A stretch of DNA of 64,000 nucleotides from the human T2T-CHM13v2.0 reference genome, Homo sapiens. Below are positions 29,847-49,243 of the stretch, one piece after another; position 1 is the first letter of the stretch, and each line of letters begins with the position of its first letter. The notes beneath the pieces were generated by a model. It was given only the letters and a program-made list of their open reading frames with translations. It was not told the DNA's origin and did not search any database. A program made the position numbers and the translations under genes. The stretch is from NCBI RefSeq assembly GCF_009914755.1, contig NC_060940.1. One strand, given 5' to 3'.

Positions 29847-30145
29847 TGATCCTCCCGCCTTGGCCTCCCAAAGTGCTGGGATTACAGGCGTGAGCCACCG
29901 CGCCTGGCCAGACTGATTTTTTTTTTAAGTGAATTTGAAAGCTGCAACTGGTGAGTATTGGATAAACAAACTGTGATGGGATTGCAGGTGTCCACCCCCA
30001 AGCCTGGCTAATTTTTGTATTTTTAGTAGAGACCATGTTGGCCAGGCTGGCCTTGAACCCCTGACCTCAAGTGATCTGCCTGCCCCAGCCTCCCAAAGTG
30101 TTTGGGATTACAGTCGTGAGCCACCGCACCCGGTCAGAAGTTTAA

Positions 30146-30319
<174 letters not shown>

Positions 30320-30635
30320 TAGTAGAGACGGGGTTTCACCATATTAGCCAGAATGGTCTCGATCTCCTGACCTCGTGATCCGCCCGCCTCGGCCTCTCAA
30401 AGTACTGGGATTACAGGCGTGAGCCACCGCGCCCGGCCCAGAAGTTTAAATTTAACTAGGTGCCCAGTGATCTCATCAAGCCCACAGCACTCCCTCACCC
30501 TCGCCCCCACAACCTCCCTTCCCCCCACGCCCCCCTTCCTCACCGCAGTCCCTCCCCTGGGACCCCTAGATCTTGAGGCTGATGGGCCAGTTCCCAGTTT
30601 CACTGGTTGTTAAATATTTTGACAGTGACCCCTGA

Positions 30636-31310
<675 letters not shown>

Positions 31311-31569
31311 TGAACAGCCATGGCCTGGAGTCAGCAACACAAGACTCTTCCCACCTCAGCTCCTCCATCTGAGCTGGGCTCAGTTGAGCTCATCCAGCTA
31401 AGCTAAAGGGGAGCTGGGCCTGCTTTTCTTTTTCTGGAGATGGGGCCTCAGTCTCTCCAGTAGCTGGATATACAGGCATGCTCCACCCCACTGGCTAATT
31501 TTTGCTTTTTTTTTTTTTTTTTTTTTTGAGATGGAGTCTCACTCTTTCACCCAGGCTGGAGTGAAGTGA

Positions 31570-32222
<653 letters not shown>

Positions 32223-32356
32223 TAAAACATCCTGGCTCAGTGGCTCATACCTGTAATCCCAGCACTTTGGGAGGCCCAGTTGGGGGGATTACTTAAGTCC
32301 AGGAGTCTGAGACCAGCCTGGGCCATATAGCAAGATTCTGTCTCTACAAAAAATTA

Positions 32357-32581
<225 letters not shown>

Positions 32582-32599
32582 TCACGAGGTCATGAGTTA

Positions 32600-33432
<833 letters not shown>

Positions 33433-33534
33433 TCCTAAACCGGAAGAGGATGACACCGGCCATGGGTTAACGTGGCTCCTCAGGACCCTCTGGGTCACAC
33501 ATCTTTAGGGTCAGTGGCCAATGGGGCACATTTG

Positions 33535-33690
33535 GCACTAGCTTGAGCCCAACTCTGGCTCTGCCACCTGCTGCTCCTGTGACCTGTCAGGGCTGACTTC
33601 ACCTCTGCTCATCTCAGTTTCCTAATCTGTAAAATGGGTCTAATAAAGGATCAACCACATGGGGTTCTGCGGTGATAATGAGCACATAGT
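33535..33690 (+). mobile_element. MIR in the QPRT 3' UTR containing proximal AATAAA (33642-33647)
   Basis: MIR core ctcagtttcctaatctgtaaaatggg followed by tctAATAAAgg. Confidence 0.75.
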
Positions 33691-33725
33691 GAGGGGTCAG
33701 CAAATGTCAGAAGTTACCTGGGACA

Positions 33726-34100
33726 GCCGGGCACGATGGCTCACACCTGTAATCCCAGCACTTTGGGAGGCTGAGGCGGGAAGATCACTTGAGTTCAGGA
33801 GTTTGAGACCAGCCTGGCCAACATGGTGAAACCCCATCTCTACCAAAAATAGAAGAATTAGCTGGGTGTGGTGGCACGCGCCTGTAATCCCAGCTACTTA
33901 GGAGGCTGAGGCAGGAGAATCGCTTGAACCCAGGAAGTGGAGGTTGCAGTGAGCTGATGGTGCCACTGCACTCCAGCCTGGGTGATAGAGCGAGACTCTG
34001 TCTCCAAAGAAGAAACAAAGGAAAGAAAGAGAGAAAGAGAGAGGGAGGGAGGGAGGGAGGGAAAGGAAGGATGGAAAGAAAGGAAGAAAGGCAGGCAAAA
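33726..34100 (+). mobile_element. Sense Alu with an expanded GA-rich homopurine tail
   Basis: gccgggcacgatggctcac...tctccaaagaagaaac...gggagggagggagg... Confidence 0.93.
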
Positions 34101-34268
34101 GCCCCAGACAGGCCAAAACCTTCATCCTTCATGCACCCAACCTGTACCAAACACCAGCATGGCCTGGCTGTGAGTGCACAGCAGATGGAGGTTTGCTGGG
34201 CAGAGACACTGGGCTGGCCTAGACACTGCCTTTGGTGATACCCTAAACCAAAGGGGCCAGTCCCACAG

Positions 34269-34762
34269 TAAGAAGGAGACCACTACTACTCCTGCTGCCC
34301 TCCTCCCCCCACCTTGCCTAGTTTACAAGACAGGAGGAAAGAGAGAAAGCAAAAAGTTAGAAAACAAAACAAAACAGAAGTAAGATAAATAGCCAGAAGA
34401 CCTTGGCGACACCACCCGGCCCTGGTAGTTAAAAAAAAGTAACAATAATAATAATATCAACCCCTGACCTAAACTATTTGTGTTATCTGTAAATTCCAGA
34501 CATTGTATGAAAAAGCATTGCAAAACTTTCTGCTCTGTTAGCTGATGCGTGTAGCCCCCAGTCACGTTCCCCGCTTGCTTGAGATATCATGACCCTTTCA
34601 CGTGGACCCCTTAGAGTTGTAAGCCTTTAAAAAGGCCAAGAATTTCTTTTTCAGGGATCTCAGCTATTAAGATGCAAGTCTGCCAATGCTCCTGGCCAAA
34701 TAAACCTCTTCCTTCTTTAATCCGGTGCCTGAGGAGTTTTGTCTGTGGCTCGTCCTGCTACA
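34269..34762 (+). mobile_element. Solo LTR2-related LTR; its AATAAA (34699-34704) is the candidate distal QPRT poly(A) signal
   Basis: taagaaggagaccac ... cttagagttgtaagcctttaaaa ... gctcgtcctgctaca; flanks acag/agag (3 of 4 match). Confidence 0.8.
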
Positions 34763-36121
34763 AGAGGACACAGCCCAGAGGTGCCACCTGCAGCTGCCCT
34801 GTCCCCTCTAATCCCAGCTCCACCCTGCCTGCTCCCGTCCTTCCTCCAGGGGGAACATGGACACGCTCAGATGAACCCCAGCTTCTTATGCCTGAACTGG
34901 GGAAACTGAAGCCCCATGGGACCAGGGGTTCCACTGGGCATCAAGGGAGGAAAGTTGAGCCCCGGGGTGATCTGGGAACTGGGATCTGGGATCTGGGCAG
35001 GCATTGGGGCCTGACAGAGCAGAAGTGAGGAGAGGGTACCAGGAGCTGCAAACTCGGTGCCTCCAGGACCTATTCGGATAAAATAAATGGGTGGAACTGG
35101 AATAAGACAAAGTGGGGGTGCGCTGTGGCCAACTGGAAAATGCTCGTTGCAGCCACAGCGTTCCATTAAAAAAGCGAAAGGAACCTGCCTGGCTGAGTCT
35201 TAAGCTCCCCCTAAACCCAGAAATGGGTTAGCCCTCCAGTATCCTCCAGCTCTGAGAGCTGGGGCGGGCACTCCATTACTGGGGGAACAGGAAATGGATC
35301 CTGGGCACTCTAGGGCAACACACGCCCTCCTTGCAGGGAAATGGATTTCCAGGCAGGGGAGATGCATGGGCAGAGGTGGCTCGGATTGTTTGCTGTAAGA
35401 TTTGAAGCTGTGATCAGGAGGTGGCTAGGAGATGGGCTGGGTCCAGACCACAAAATGGTAGATCGGAGGATTTGGACTCTGTCTCATGAGTGAGCTGGAA
35501 ATCAAGCTGGAAAATCAGATAAGCTTATTCGCAGCTTCAATCCAGTCCGTTGCAGAAGGATGCATTTGAGGGGGCTAGAGCAGCTGCAGGGAGGCCAGGA
35601 GGAGCTGTGGAAGAGGACTTGAGTGTGGGTCATGGCCATGGGGTTTGGAGAGAAGTGATACAGTGTCTTCAGAGCTTCAGAAGGCAGAGGGAGTTCGATG
35701 GCTCAAGGCAGTTGGAAGAGTTGGGTGTGACTGAGGGGGTGGGGAAATGGGGCATGCGTGGCAGGCAAGGACTCTTATGCATCACCTCCCAGTCCCTTGT
35801 CCATCTGGCTACACTTCCTCTTTGCCTGGCCAGCCTAGGACCAAGCTGGGATCATTTCCCCAGGATGCCCCACAGACAATGGCAAATGTGCCCATCATAG
35901 CAGTTTGTTTAATGAAAATGATATGCTGTTGTGAGTACGGGATGTGCCAGCAATGCTGGCTACTGCATGAGACGGGAGCTAGCAGGGAGCACCTTCATCC
36001 AGGGTGTGCAGGTCCCCTTCCCTCAGTTAATGCTCGTGGGGGTGGGCGTTAGCCTCTCCACTTACCGAAGAGGAGACTGAGGCTTTATAAAGTTAAGAGA
36101 GCTGCTTAGGGTCACTCATCA

Positions 36122-36406
<285 letters not shown>

Positions 36407-36671
36407 TCAAACAAAAATAAATAAATAAATAAATATATAAAGTGGTGGAGCAGTTTGAATTGTGTCATTCACTCATTCAATATTTAACTGAGCATCTACT
36501 ATGTGCCAGGCACTATTCTAGACAATGAACATACAACGAGTAAACAGATAAAAATCTCTGTCCTCAGGGAGTCTGTATGTTGGGGTTGGGGTGGGGGCGG
36601 GGAAGAATAGACAATGAAAAAATACTTAAGGAAAATATGTAGACACCAATTGTCCTGATGGCCACCCCTGA

Positions 36672-36690
36672 TGGCCACCAGAGGGCACTG
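36672..36690 (+). promoter_or_regulatory. Near-consensus CTCF motif downstream of QPRT
   Basis: TGGCCACCAGAGGGCACTG. Confidence 0.7.
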
Positions 36691-37130
36691 CAACCACGCG
36701 GCCCTCCGTTCGTCTCTAATTCCAGCTCCCTTTCCGGATTCCGAAGGCAATAGCCAAGGAGGCTATGAATACGCAGCATAGCATCTGCTCAAGAATCAAC
36801 GCGAGGAGGCATTGGCAGCAGTTTTTTCTCCACCCACTTTTCCAGCCTCATCCCCTCATCAGACCCCCATCCAACTGCCCAGGGTACCCCTGTGACTTTT
36901 CAAAGCCCCGTGTACTCCAGATTCACCAGCTACTCACATTCACTCCCAGCCACCCATCCCCTCCCAAATACTGTCTGGGTTACCCACCAACCCCATCCAT
37001 CCGCTCACCTGATGCCTGTCCTCCTCCTCACCCACCCACCCGCGCCCCTCGCCCCTTCCACCTGCTGTCCTGCCCACCGGAAACTGGCCAAATTGTCCCA
37101 TAGATTTTTTTTTTTTTTTTTTTTTTTGGA

Positions 37131-37492
37131 TAAACACAGAAATTGACATTCCTGGTCTTAAAGCTTGAAACTTAAATTTGCCTTATCTGAGTTCCTTCCC
37201 CAGGAAACTGACCCTCAGGCCTCCCAGATAGCATCAAGGAACTGAAACTCCTTTTCTTTACCCCCCTCTAATTCCTGTTTTCCCACCCACAGCTACATTT
37301 GCTCCCCACTATATAAACCCCCAATTGGAGTTTGTTGGAGAGATGGATTTGAGACTTATCTCCTGTCTCCTTGGCAGATGTCATCTGAATAAAGCCTTCT
37401 TTCCTGGCGATACTCATTGTCCCGGGATCCCAGATCAGCTTTCTGTGCAGTAAGCAATGGGACCTAGACTGAATCCCTGGCGTTTCGGTAAT
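37131..37492 (+). mobile_element. MER4-group ERV1 LTR fragment (MER34/MER39-like)
   Basis: cctggtcttaaagcttgaaactt...tataaaccccc...gaataaagcc...cctggcgtttcggtaa. Confidence 0.55.
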
Positions 37493-37496
37493 ACAC

Positions 37497-37595
37497 CCAT
37501 CCATCCTGTCCACCCCCACCCATCCTGTCCACCCCCATCTATCCTGTCCACCCCCGACCCATCCTGTCCACCCCCGACCCATCCTATCCACCCCC
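37497..37595. repeat. C-rich ~19-bp minisatellite (ccatcctgtccacccc...), ~5 copies
   Basis: Directly visible. Confidence 0.85.
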
Positions 37596-39030
37596 TTGTG
37601 CTTCCATCCACTCATCACTCTTCCCACCCCTCCGCCCACCCACCATCCGATGCTACAGAAGCCCAGAACTGGGGCACTCAATCTAGAGGTCAAAGATGGC
37701 AAGAGGTCAAACCAGATTGACAGTGAGTCACCTCAGTGGATATGAGTTTTAGTGTGCTGAGGCTGTGAAAGGTAAAAGCATTTAAAAACAGCAAGGCCAG
37801 GCACGGTGGCTCACGCCTGTAATCCCAGCACTCTGGGAGGCCAAGGCAGGTGGATCACCTGAGGTCAGGAGTTCAAAGCTAGCCTGACCAACATGGGGAA
37901 ATCCCTTCTCTACTAAAAATACAAACTTAGCTGGGCGTGGTGGCATGTGCCTGTAGTACCAGCTACTGCTACTTGGGAGGCTGAGGCAGGAGAATCGCTG
38001 AACCCGGGAGGCGGAGGTTTCCATGAGCCGAGATCACACCACTGCACTCCACCCCGGGGAACAAGATCGAAACTCTGTCTCAAAAAACAAAAACAAAAAA
38101 CCCACAAAAATTAGCCAGGCGTAGTGGCGGGTGCCTGTAACCCAGCTACGCAGGAAGCTGAGGCACAAGAATCACTTGAACCTCAAAGGCAGAGGTTGCA
38201 GTGAGCCGAGATCATGCCACTGCACTCCAGCCTGGGCGACAGAGTGAGACTCTGTCCCAAAAAAAACCCAGAGCAAACAAACAAAAAACACAACGGCGAG
38301 ACATTCTTAGCAAACCAACTATCTGCAAACAATTCAACGTCGGATCTTTAAAAAAATCCCGCTGTGGCATTATGCTGCGGACACATACATTAATTTATGG
38401 CTAGCCCTTCAAGACAACCAGGTGGGTAAAATTATGTAAATGTTCACCGCCTCTATACTTTGTTCCAATGACTTCCTGAGTAATTGATTGTTTTGCCAAT
38501 TACTCAGCAACATTTAAGACCTGCTTCCGGAGGCCCTAAGTAGCTCAGCATTCTAAGACCGAAGTACTGAAGAAAATCTGCCTGTGTGGCTGTGAATAAC
38601 ATCTCCATCCATCACTGTGCACATCAGATTTAGGCCAGATAACGCAGGCTTTATTTATTTCAGGTACGCCTTGCGCTTCAGATCATGGGACTCTAGTATA
38701 GCACCCCCAGAAAATTATCAAGGGCAAAAAAATCATAATACATACCTCTAGTTCAGTGGGTCCTTGGATAACCTCTTTCCTCTCTCCTAGTTCTTCAGCT
38801 AAAAGATTCAGGAGCCTTAGCAACAAGAAGGAGCTATCCCACAAGTTGCATTATTCTAGATATTCGGACGCTTTTTTTTTTTTTTAAGCAGGAGTCTTGC
38901 TATGTTGCACAGGCTGGTCCTGAACTCCTGTCCTTAAGTGATTCTCTTGCCTTGGCCTTCCAAGTAACTGGGATTACAGCGGTGAGCCACCGTGCCAGGG
39001 TTTTGGATGCTTTTTTTTTTTTTTTTTTGA

Positions 39031-39246
<216 letters not shown>

Positions 39247-39495
39247 TGATCCGCCCACCACAGCCTCCCAAAGTACTGGGGTTACAAGCGTGAGCCATCG
39301 CGCCTGGCCGGATACTTTTTAACCAAAGGAAAAAGCAAGCATCTTTATTGGAATAATATATCAATATATGCAGGTAATCAGACAATACCAGTCAGACAAC
39401 ACTGACTTCTTTTTTTTTTTTTTTGAGAAAGGAAGGAAGGAAGGCAGAAAGGAAGGAAGGAAGGAGGGAAGGCCGGAGGTGGTGGCTCATACTTA

Positions 39496-40048
<553 letters not shown>

Positions 40049-40051
40049 TCA

Positions 40052-40378
<327 letters not shown>

Positions 40379-40877
40379 TCATCTCAAAAAAGCCCCTTAA
40401 CTATAATCTAAGAAACAAAAAATATTTAATTTTTATTTTTTGCATGATCTGCTTAGTTTTCTTAATAAGCTGTGAACCAGAAAGGGAATTTGCTGCGGTT
40501 TGGCAGCCTTTTAGGTGGAGGATTATAGTGAATACATTTTTAGATTATTGGTATAGTAACTTCCCCAAAGGATGTAAGATTTTGAGGACTAAACCAAGTC
40601 CTGCACTTTCCATTCCAACCTAATTAATTCCAGTGAATGAAACATTCATTGGGGAAAGCACAGAAGATGCAGAAGAGCTGCTTACATGACCTGAGTCAAC
40701 AATTCAGTGACCCTCTGCGTATAATAATCAAAATAGGGCCAGGCGCAGTGGCTCACACCTGTAATCCCAGCACTTTGGGAGGCCGAGGAGGGCAGATCAC
40801 CTGAGGTCAGGAATTTGAGACCAGCCTGGTGAAAATGGTGAAACCCCGTTTCTACTAAAAATACAAACAATTAGCTA

Positions 40878-41018
<141 letters not shown>

Positions 41019-41277
41019 TCAAAAAAATAAATAAATAAAAATAAAAATAGAACAATAAAGTCCATTCATAAATTTTCTAGCATAGTTAACTTATCCACCT
41101 CCTCTTGCTTTTCGTTAATTAATTTAGTTATCAGAGTACAAAATGAAAAAGTAAAAAATATCCATTCACTCTCATTCCCATGAGGTAACCACGTTTAAGG
41201 AGCTCTGTGTTTTTAGTCCTCCTGGCATCTACACTTGAGTGGAAAAGATGATCATTTGTGGTTTTAATCACTATTGA

Positions 41278-41655
<378 letters not shown>

Positions 41656-41812
41656 TAGTCTCAAACTCCTGATCTCAAATGATCCACCCACCTTGGCCTT
41701 CCAAAGTGCTGGGACTGGCCGGGGATGATGGCTCACGCCTGTAATCCCAGCACTTTGGGAGGCTGAGGCGGGTGGAAATCACAAGGTCAGGAGATCCAGA
41801 CCATCCTGGCTA

Positions 41813-42079
<267 letters not shown>

Positions 42080-42266
42080 TTAAAATTCAGATATAATTTA
42101 CATCGCATATACTTCACTGCTTTAAAGGGTTCAGGCTGGGCACAGTGGTTGACACTTGTAATCCCAGCCCTTTGAGAGGCTGAGGTGGGGGGGATCACTC
42201 AAGGCCAGGAATTTTTGAGACCAGCCTGGGCAACATAGTGAGACTCGCTCTCTACCAAAAAATTTA

Positions 42267-42428
<162 letters not shown>

Positions 42429-42432
42429 TTAG

Positions 42433-42594
<162 letters not shown>

Positions 42595-42719
42595 TAGAGA
42601 CGGGGTTTCACCACATTGGCCAGGCTGGTCTCGAACTGCTGACCTCATGATCTGCCTGCCTCAGCCTCCCAAAGTGTTGGGATTACAGGCATGAGCCACC
42701 ACTCCTGGCCAAAACCCCT

Positions 42720-42755
<36 letters not shown>

Positions 42756-43249
42756 ATCCTTTTTTTTTTTTTTTTTTTTTTGAGACAGAGTTTCGCTCTC
42801 TTGCCCAGGCTGGAGTGCAGTGGCGCAATCTCGGCTCACCTCCTGGGTTCACGCCATTCTCCTGCCTCCATCTCCCGAGTAGCTGGGACTACAGGCACCT
42901 GCCACCACGCCTGGCTAATTTTTTTTGTATTTTTAGTAGAGATGGGGTTTCACCGTGTTAGCCAGGATGGTGTCGATCTCCTGACCTCGTGATCCGCACG
43001 CCTCGGCCTCCCAAAGTGCTGGAATTACAGGCGTAAGCCACCGTTCCCGGCCAAAAGAACATCTTAATAATCCCAGAAAGATTGGGCGCAGTGGCTCATG
43101 CCTGTAATCCCAACACTTTGGGAGGTTGAGGCAGGTGGACCACGAGGTCAGGTGTTCGAGACTAGCCTGACCAACACGGTAAAACCCCATCTCTACTGAA
43201 AACACAAAAATTAGCCAGGCATGGTGATGCATGCCTGTAATTCCAGCTA

Positions 43250-43357
<108 letters not shown>

Positions 43358-43363
43358 TCAAAA

Positions 43364-43406
<43 letters not shown>

Positions 43407-43519
43407 AATAACCCCAGAAAGAAACTCCCTTCTTGTGATATCAAGTACATCTCCCTCCTCTCAGCCAATGGCAACCATTATTCTACTTTCTGTCTTGATG
43501 GATTTTATCTACATAGAAT

Positions 43520-43999
43520 TGAGGGAAGAGAGAACTTCTCATATTGTTTTATATTGTTTTATACTCAGTACCTGTTTTAAGAAAAAACAACAAGAAAGTA
43601 AAATCAAAGACAGGCAGCCCGGCGCCAGGCCCGAAACCAGGCCTGGGCCTGCCTGGCCTAAACCCAGTAGTTAAAAATCAACTCATAACTTAGAAACCAA
43701 TGTTATTCATAGATTGCAGACACTGTATAGAAGAACACTGTGAAACTCCCTGCCCTGTTCTGTTTCTCTCTGACCACCGGTGCATGCAGCCCCTGCCACA
43801 TACCGCCTGCTTGCTCAAATCAATCACGACCCTTTCATGTGAAATCTTTAGTGTTGTGAGCCCTTAAAAGGGACAGAAATTGTGCATTCTGGGAGCTCGG
43901 ATTTTAAGGCAGTTGCTTGCTGATGCTCCCAGCTGAATAAAGCCTTTCCTTCTACAACTTGGTGTCTGAGAGGTTTTGTCTGCGGCTCGTTCTGCTACA
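43520..43999 (+). mobile_element. Solo LTR2B-like LTR inserted in an old L1M
   Basis: TGAGGGAAGAGAGAAC ... cccttaaaagggacag ... gaataaagcc ... gctcgttctgctaca. Confidence 0.85.
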
Positions 44000-44376
44000 G
44001 AAGCATACAACACATGGCCTTTTGTGCCTGGCTTCTTCCATTCAGCATGTTTCTGAGGGTCATCCATGTTGTCTGTACTTCATTCCTTTTAATGGTTTCC
44101 ATTGCATGGATATACTACATTTTCTTTACCCATGCTTCAGTTGATGGACATGTGGGTTGTTTCTACGTTTTGGCTATTATGAATTATGCTGCTATGAAAA
44201 TTCATGTACTGGTTTTGGTGTGGGCACACGTTTTCAATTTCTCTTGGGTGTATACCTAGGAATAGAATTAGAAAATCATGTTGGCTGGGTGCGGTGGCTC
44301 ACGCCCGTAATCCCAGCACTTTGGGAGGCCAAGGCGGGCGGATCACGAGGTCAGGAGATAGAGACCATCCTGGCTA

Positions 44377-44581
<205 letters not shown>

Positions 44582-44802
44582 TTACTTTTTGTGGAACTGC
44601 CACACTGGTTTTCAAAGCTGCTGCTTGTACATTCCACTAGCAATGCACAAGGGTTCCTATGTCTCCACATCCTTGTCAACACTTGTTATTGTCCATCTTT
44701 TTAATTATAGCCATCCTAGTGAGTGTGATGCAGTACCTAATTGTGGTTTTGATCTGTATTTTCCTAATGATTGATGATGTTGAACATCTTTTCATGTACT
44801 TA

Positions 44803-45437
44803 TAGAAGTTATTAAAAAATTACTTTAGGCAGATGGAGAGGAAAAGGGGTCCTTGGAAAGTTGTTTCTTTTAAAGCAACTCCAGAAACGTTTCTGGTTTA
44901 CCAGGAAAGCCCTGGCTCTTAGAGCCCAGCCAGCAACATTTGATATGCAAATGCAGACCATTAGAAACTGGGTCCACCCAAACATGGCGATTCCCACCGT
45001 TGTCCTCTTGCCCTTGCCCCCACATGTGCCTGGCAAATGGCTACCCCTACATATCCCCAACCTGTGTAAAACATCATGGTGCCCTGCATTTGCATCTTAA
45101 AAGGCTAGGGTGAGAGGGCCAGTTTTTTCGTGGGCTATATGAATGACATGCCTGGTTAAACCAATCCCCTAAGCCCTATGCAAATTAGACAACACCTCCT
45201 CCAGCCTCCTCATATACCCGGTTGGTATGCCCCGCATTTGTGGTCTCCTCTCTTGGCTTTGGAGCCCCCCTCCCTCTGTCTCTGTACGGGGGTGCCTTCT
45301 TCTTTTCTTCTTCTCCCTTCTTTCTTGCCTATTAAACTCTCCACTTCTTAATACCACTACACGTGTATCTGTGTCATTTTATCCAATTTGCATGAGACAA
45401 GAGCCCTGGTGCCCCTCCACTCATCAGAGCCGTATCA
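44803..45437 (+). mobile_element. 5' LTR of the provirus
   Basis: Ends ...gccgtatCA just before the PBS; its 3' part is repeated at 55275-55693. Confidence 0.85.
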
Positions 45438-45440
45438 TTT

Positions 45441-45458
45441 TGGTGCATGGGCCAGGAA
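45441..45458 (+). other. Primer-binding site, tRNA-Gly(GCC)-like
   Basis: TGGTGCATGGGCCAGGAA, 3 nt after the LTR; 17/18 match to the complement of a tRNA-Gly 3' end (recalled ...TTCCCGGCCCATGCACCA). Confidence 0.75.
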
Positions 45459-45707
45459 AATCCAAAGTACAGCCTTCGTTGGAGTGGTGAGTATGGGAGC
45501 AATCCTAAAATCTGTTCTATCATTACGAGGCGCTCTTAGCCTCTATATTAAAATAAATCAAACGGGCGTCCGTCAGCCTAATACATAGGCTTAGCATTGG
45601 CTGCCGTACTAAAGACTCGGATGTGAGGCTTGCTGGGGAGAACTTGGAGAATCCCCCATTACCCACAGGTACTGGGAATTTTGGCCATGTTTGAACTAGC
45701 TTCTTTT

Positions 45708-46213
45708 TGTTAGGGATAACGCTCAAAATCCTAAGGAAATTGAACACTCGAACAAAGGATTCTTAGCAAAGCAATTTTACTTCTGCACAGAGGGTTGCCT
45801 CCTTGGCCAGTTGCCATGAGAGCACACCTGAACAAAGGGGCATGAGAGCCTTTATTTGCGATGGAAGTCCTGCCCCTGTACCCTTTCCTCATTGGCTGGG
45901 GTTGGGTCATACAATCTAAACTAATCCCGGTTGGCTAAACATTTCATTTTTTAAGATAGGGTGGGCACGTAAAAACAAGTGGAGAGGAAGGGGAAGGGGT
46001 GTCTGTAATGAGCTAGAAAGTTAGTCATTTTTCCAAATAAGGAAAGGAATGTGAGCTGGTACTGATAACGCTTGGTACTGTGGTGTGCCTGGGCATCTAA
46101 CAAAGGCAAAATGGAAAAGGAGAAAGAAGGAGAAAAAAGGGGGGGGGGTACAATGAATTAAAGAATGAAAGATTGATGAGATTATTTGAAGAGAAACCTC
46201 ATCATATTCCACA
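45708..46213 (-). mobile_element. Solo LTR10-family (HERV-I) LTR nested in the proviral leader
   Basis: Minus strand starts TGTGGAATATGATGAGGTTTCTCTTCAAAT and ends ...CCCTAACA; flanked by TTTT/TTTT. Confidence 0.75.
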
Positions 46214-47273
46214 TTTTCACAGGGAGACCTTGCCATCATGCGAGGCTGGGAAAACTTCTGAGGTAACTGAGAATTTCTGGTCAGGGCACACTCTGGCATG
46301 ATTCAAGGGCCTCTGGACCGGACGCAGCCTCCGACAGCCGGGTGTTGGCAGAGAATCCTCAACTATCCTGTGGCCAAATTTTCTTTCTGTCTCTATCCAT
46401 GGTCTCTTACCCTCTCTGTGTGTCTAATGTGCAGGGATCTTTACAGTTCAGGGAAACAGGTCTGCTAGAAGAGATGGTGAATCACGGCAGCCAGTAACTC
46501 AATAAACGTTTCTCTATGGTTTCTCTGGTGAGCACGTGGTATTTCTAAGCCACCTAGTGGCAATAAAAATCCTCTTCATGAGACACATTGCTGGTTCTCT
46601 ACGGTACATTGCAGCTTCGCAATTTTTCTATTTTGCGCTTTTTTACTGCTATTTCTGTGAACGGGAAGGCTCTGCTTTTAACAGGAGTCAAATGTCTTCT
46701 GCAGCCAGATTTTAGTCCTAATATTGTCCCATCAGTAGAAATTGGCCATTTGCTTCCTACGTTCTTTTAAGGCACCTATTCTGTCTCCAGTTAAGATAGT
46801 ACTTAATTAGTAGGGAAATTTTAAGTCTGGAAGTTAACCGGAACCATTTTCCTATGGGTAAATGTTTTATCATAGGCCATAATAGCAGGATTTAGAGTTC
46901 AATCTAGCATGCCCCCTGCCTTAAAGGGGTCTTGCCCAATTACATGATTTTTCTTGAAATCCATTTTTTTAGGAAGGCACAAAGGCCACACAAGTCTGGA
47001 AGGTCAAAGAGAAATAAAAGGCAGAGGACTAAGGCTGCTTGGGGAAAGCGTGACTAAGGCTCAAAAGTTGAGTTCCTCTGATGTCATGGCTTGGAGGGTC
47101 ACGCCTGCAGTCACAGGTCACTGGTGGCCCATTTAAATAGGTGCTGGGAATCCAGAAACCACGGAGAGAAGATAGTTGGGGGAACTCCCCCTACTGCTTT
47201 TGTCTCCAACCTGGATCACATACCAAAAGGAAGGAGACTAAAAGAACGCTTTTATTCTCACTTCTCTTTCTAG

Positions 47274-48370
<1,097 letters not shown>

Positions 48371-49243
48371 GGCAGCTCTGCAAGCAGAAGAAAATTTTGG
48401 AGATAAGCAATAGGTCTCCTATAGTAGGCCAAAAGGGAAAAGAAAAAATAGGGAAGGCAAAGAAATAGGGGAAACAATATTTCCAATAGGAAAAGAGGCA
48501 ATACCTCTTGGCAACCCTATTTGTAACTCCTTTCTATGGTGTTTTTCCTTCTTTCACGGTTTAAAATGGCTTCTATCTCTTTTATAATGTTCTTCCAACC
48601 TGGGAAAAGTTATTTTTCCAAACGTTAAAATGCTTGGCTTAGAGTTGAGCTAGGGGGAAGGGAACACAGAAGCCTGGTATGCTGGCAAAAGGGTAAACAT
48701 TTCTTACCAGATGGGCTTTTGGCTTCTCCCTGTGCAAACCGGTAAAAGGGATAATAAGGATCATTGTTTATATTCTCTGTAAATTTCTAATTCATAAAAA
48801 AGGATTTGTGAGGTTGGTCTTAAGCTGTAAACAATCTGGTGTGCTTTGCATGTCTTTCCCTAAGAAAGGGTATCTTAGGTTAGGATGCAGGCCTAGGACC
48901 CCATAAGCCTGGTGTTTGAGCGAGCCCAACAAAATCGTCACTAACAAAATTGGCTATAAGCCTTCATCTTGTTTCATGTCCTTGGAAACATGACCTGTAA
49001 CCACGTGGCAATACTTTGTTTGAGTCTCCACCATTTCATAATGGTGGCTGTCTTCTGGTGCTAAGTCAGTTTCTGGGTGAGGGCCACAAAATCAGATTAA
49101 GTCGGTTTGTCAATCTGGGTGGTGCCAGCTGATCCATCAAGGGCAGGGTTTACAAAATATCTTAAACACTCATTTTAAGAGTAGTTTAGGGAGTGTCAAA
49201 ATCTTGTAGCCTCCAGATGCATAGCTCCTAAGCCATAGTTTCC

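Noticed and set aside
46081-46100. p53 response element in the LTR10-like element
   Set aside because: Both half-sites have broken CWWG cores (tgtg, catc).
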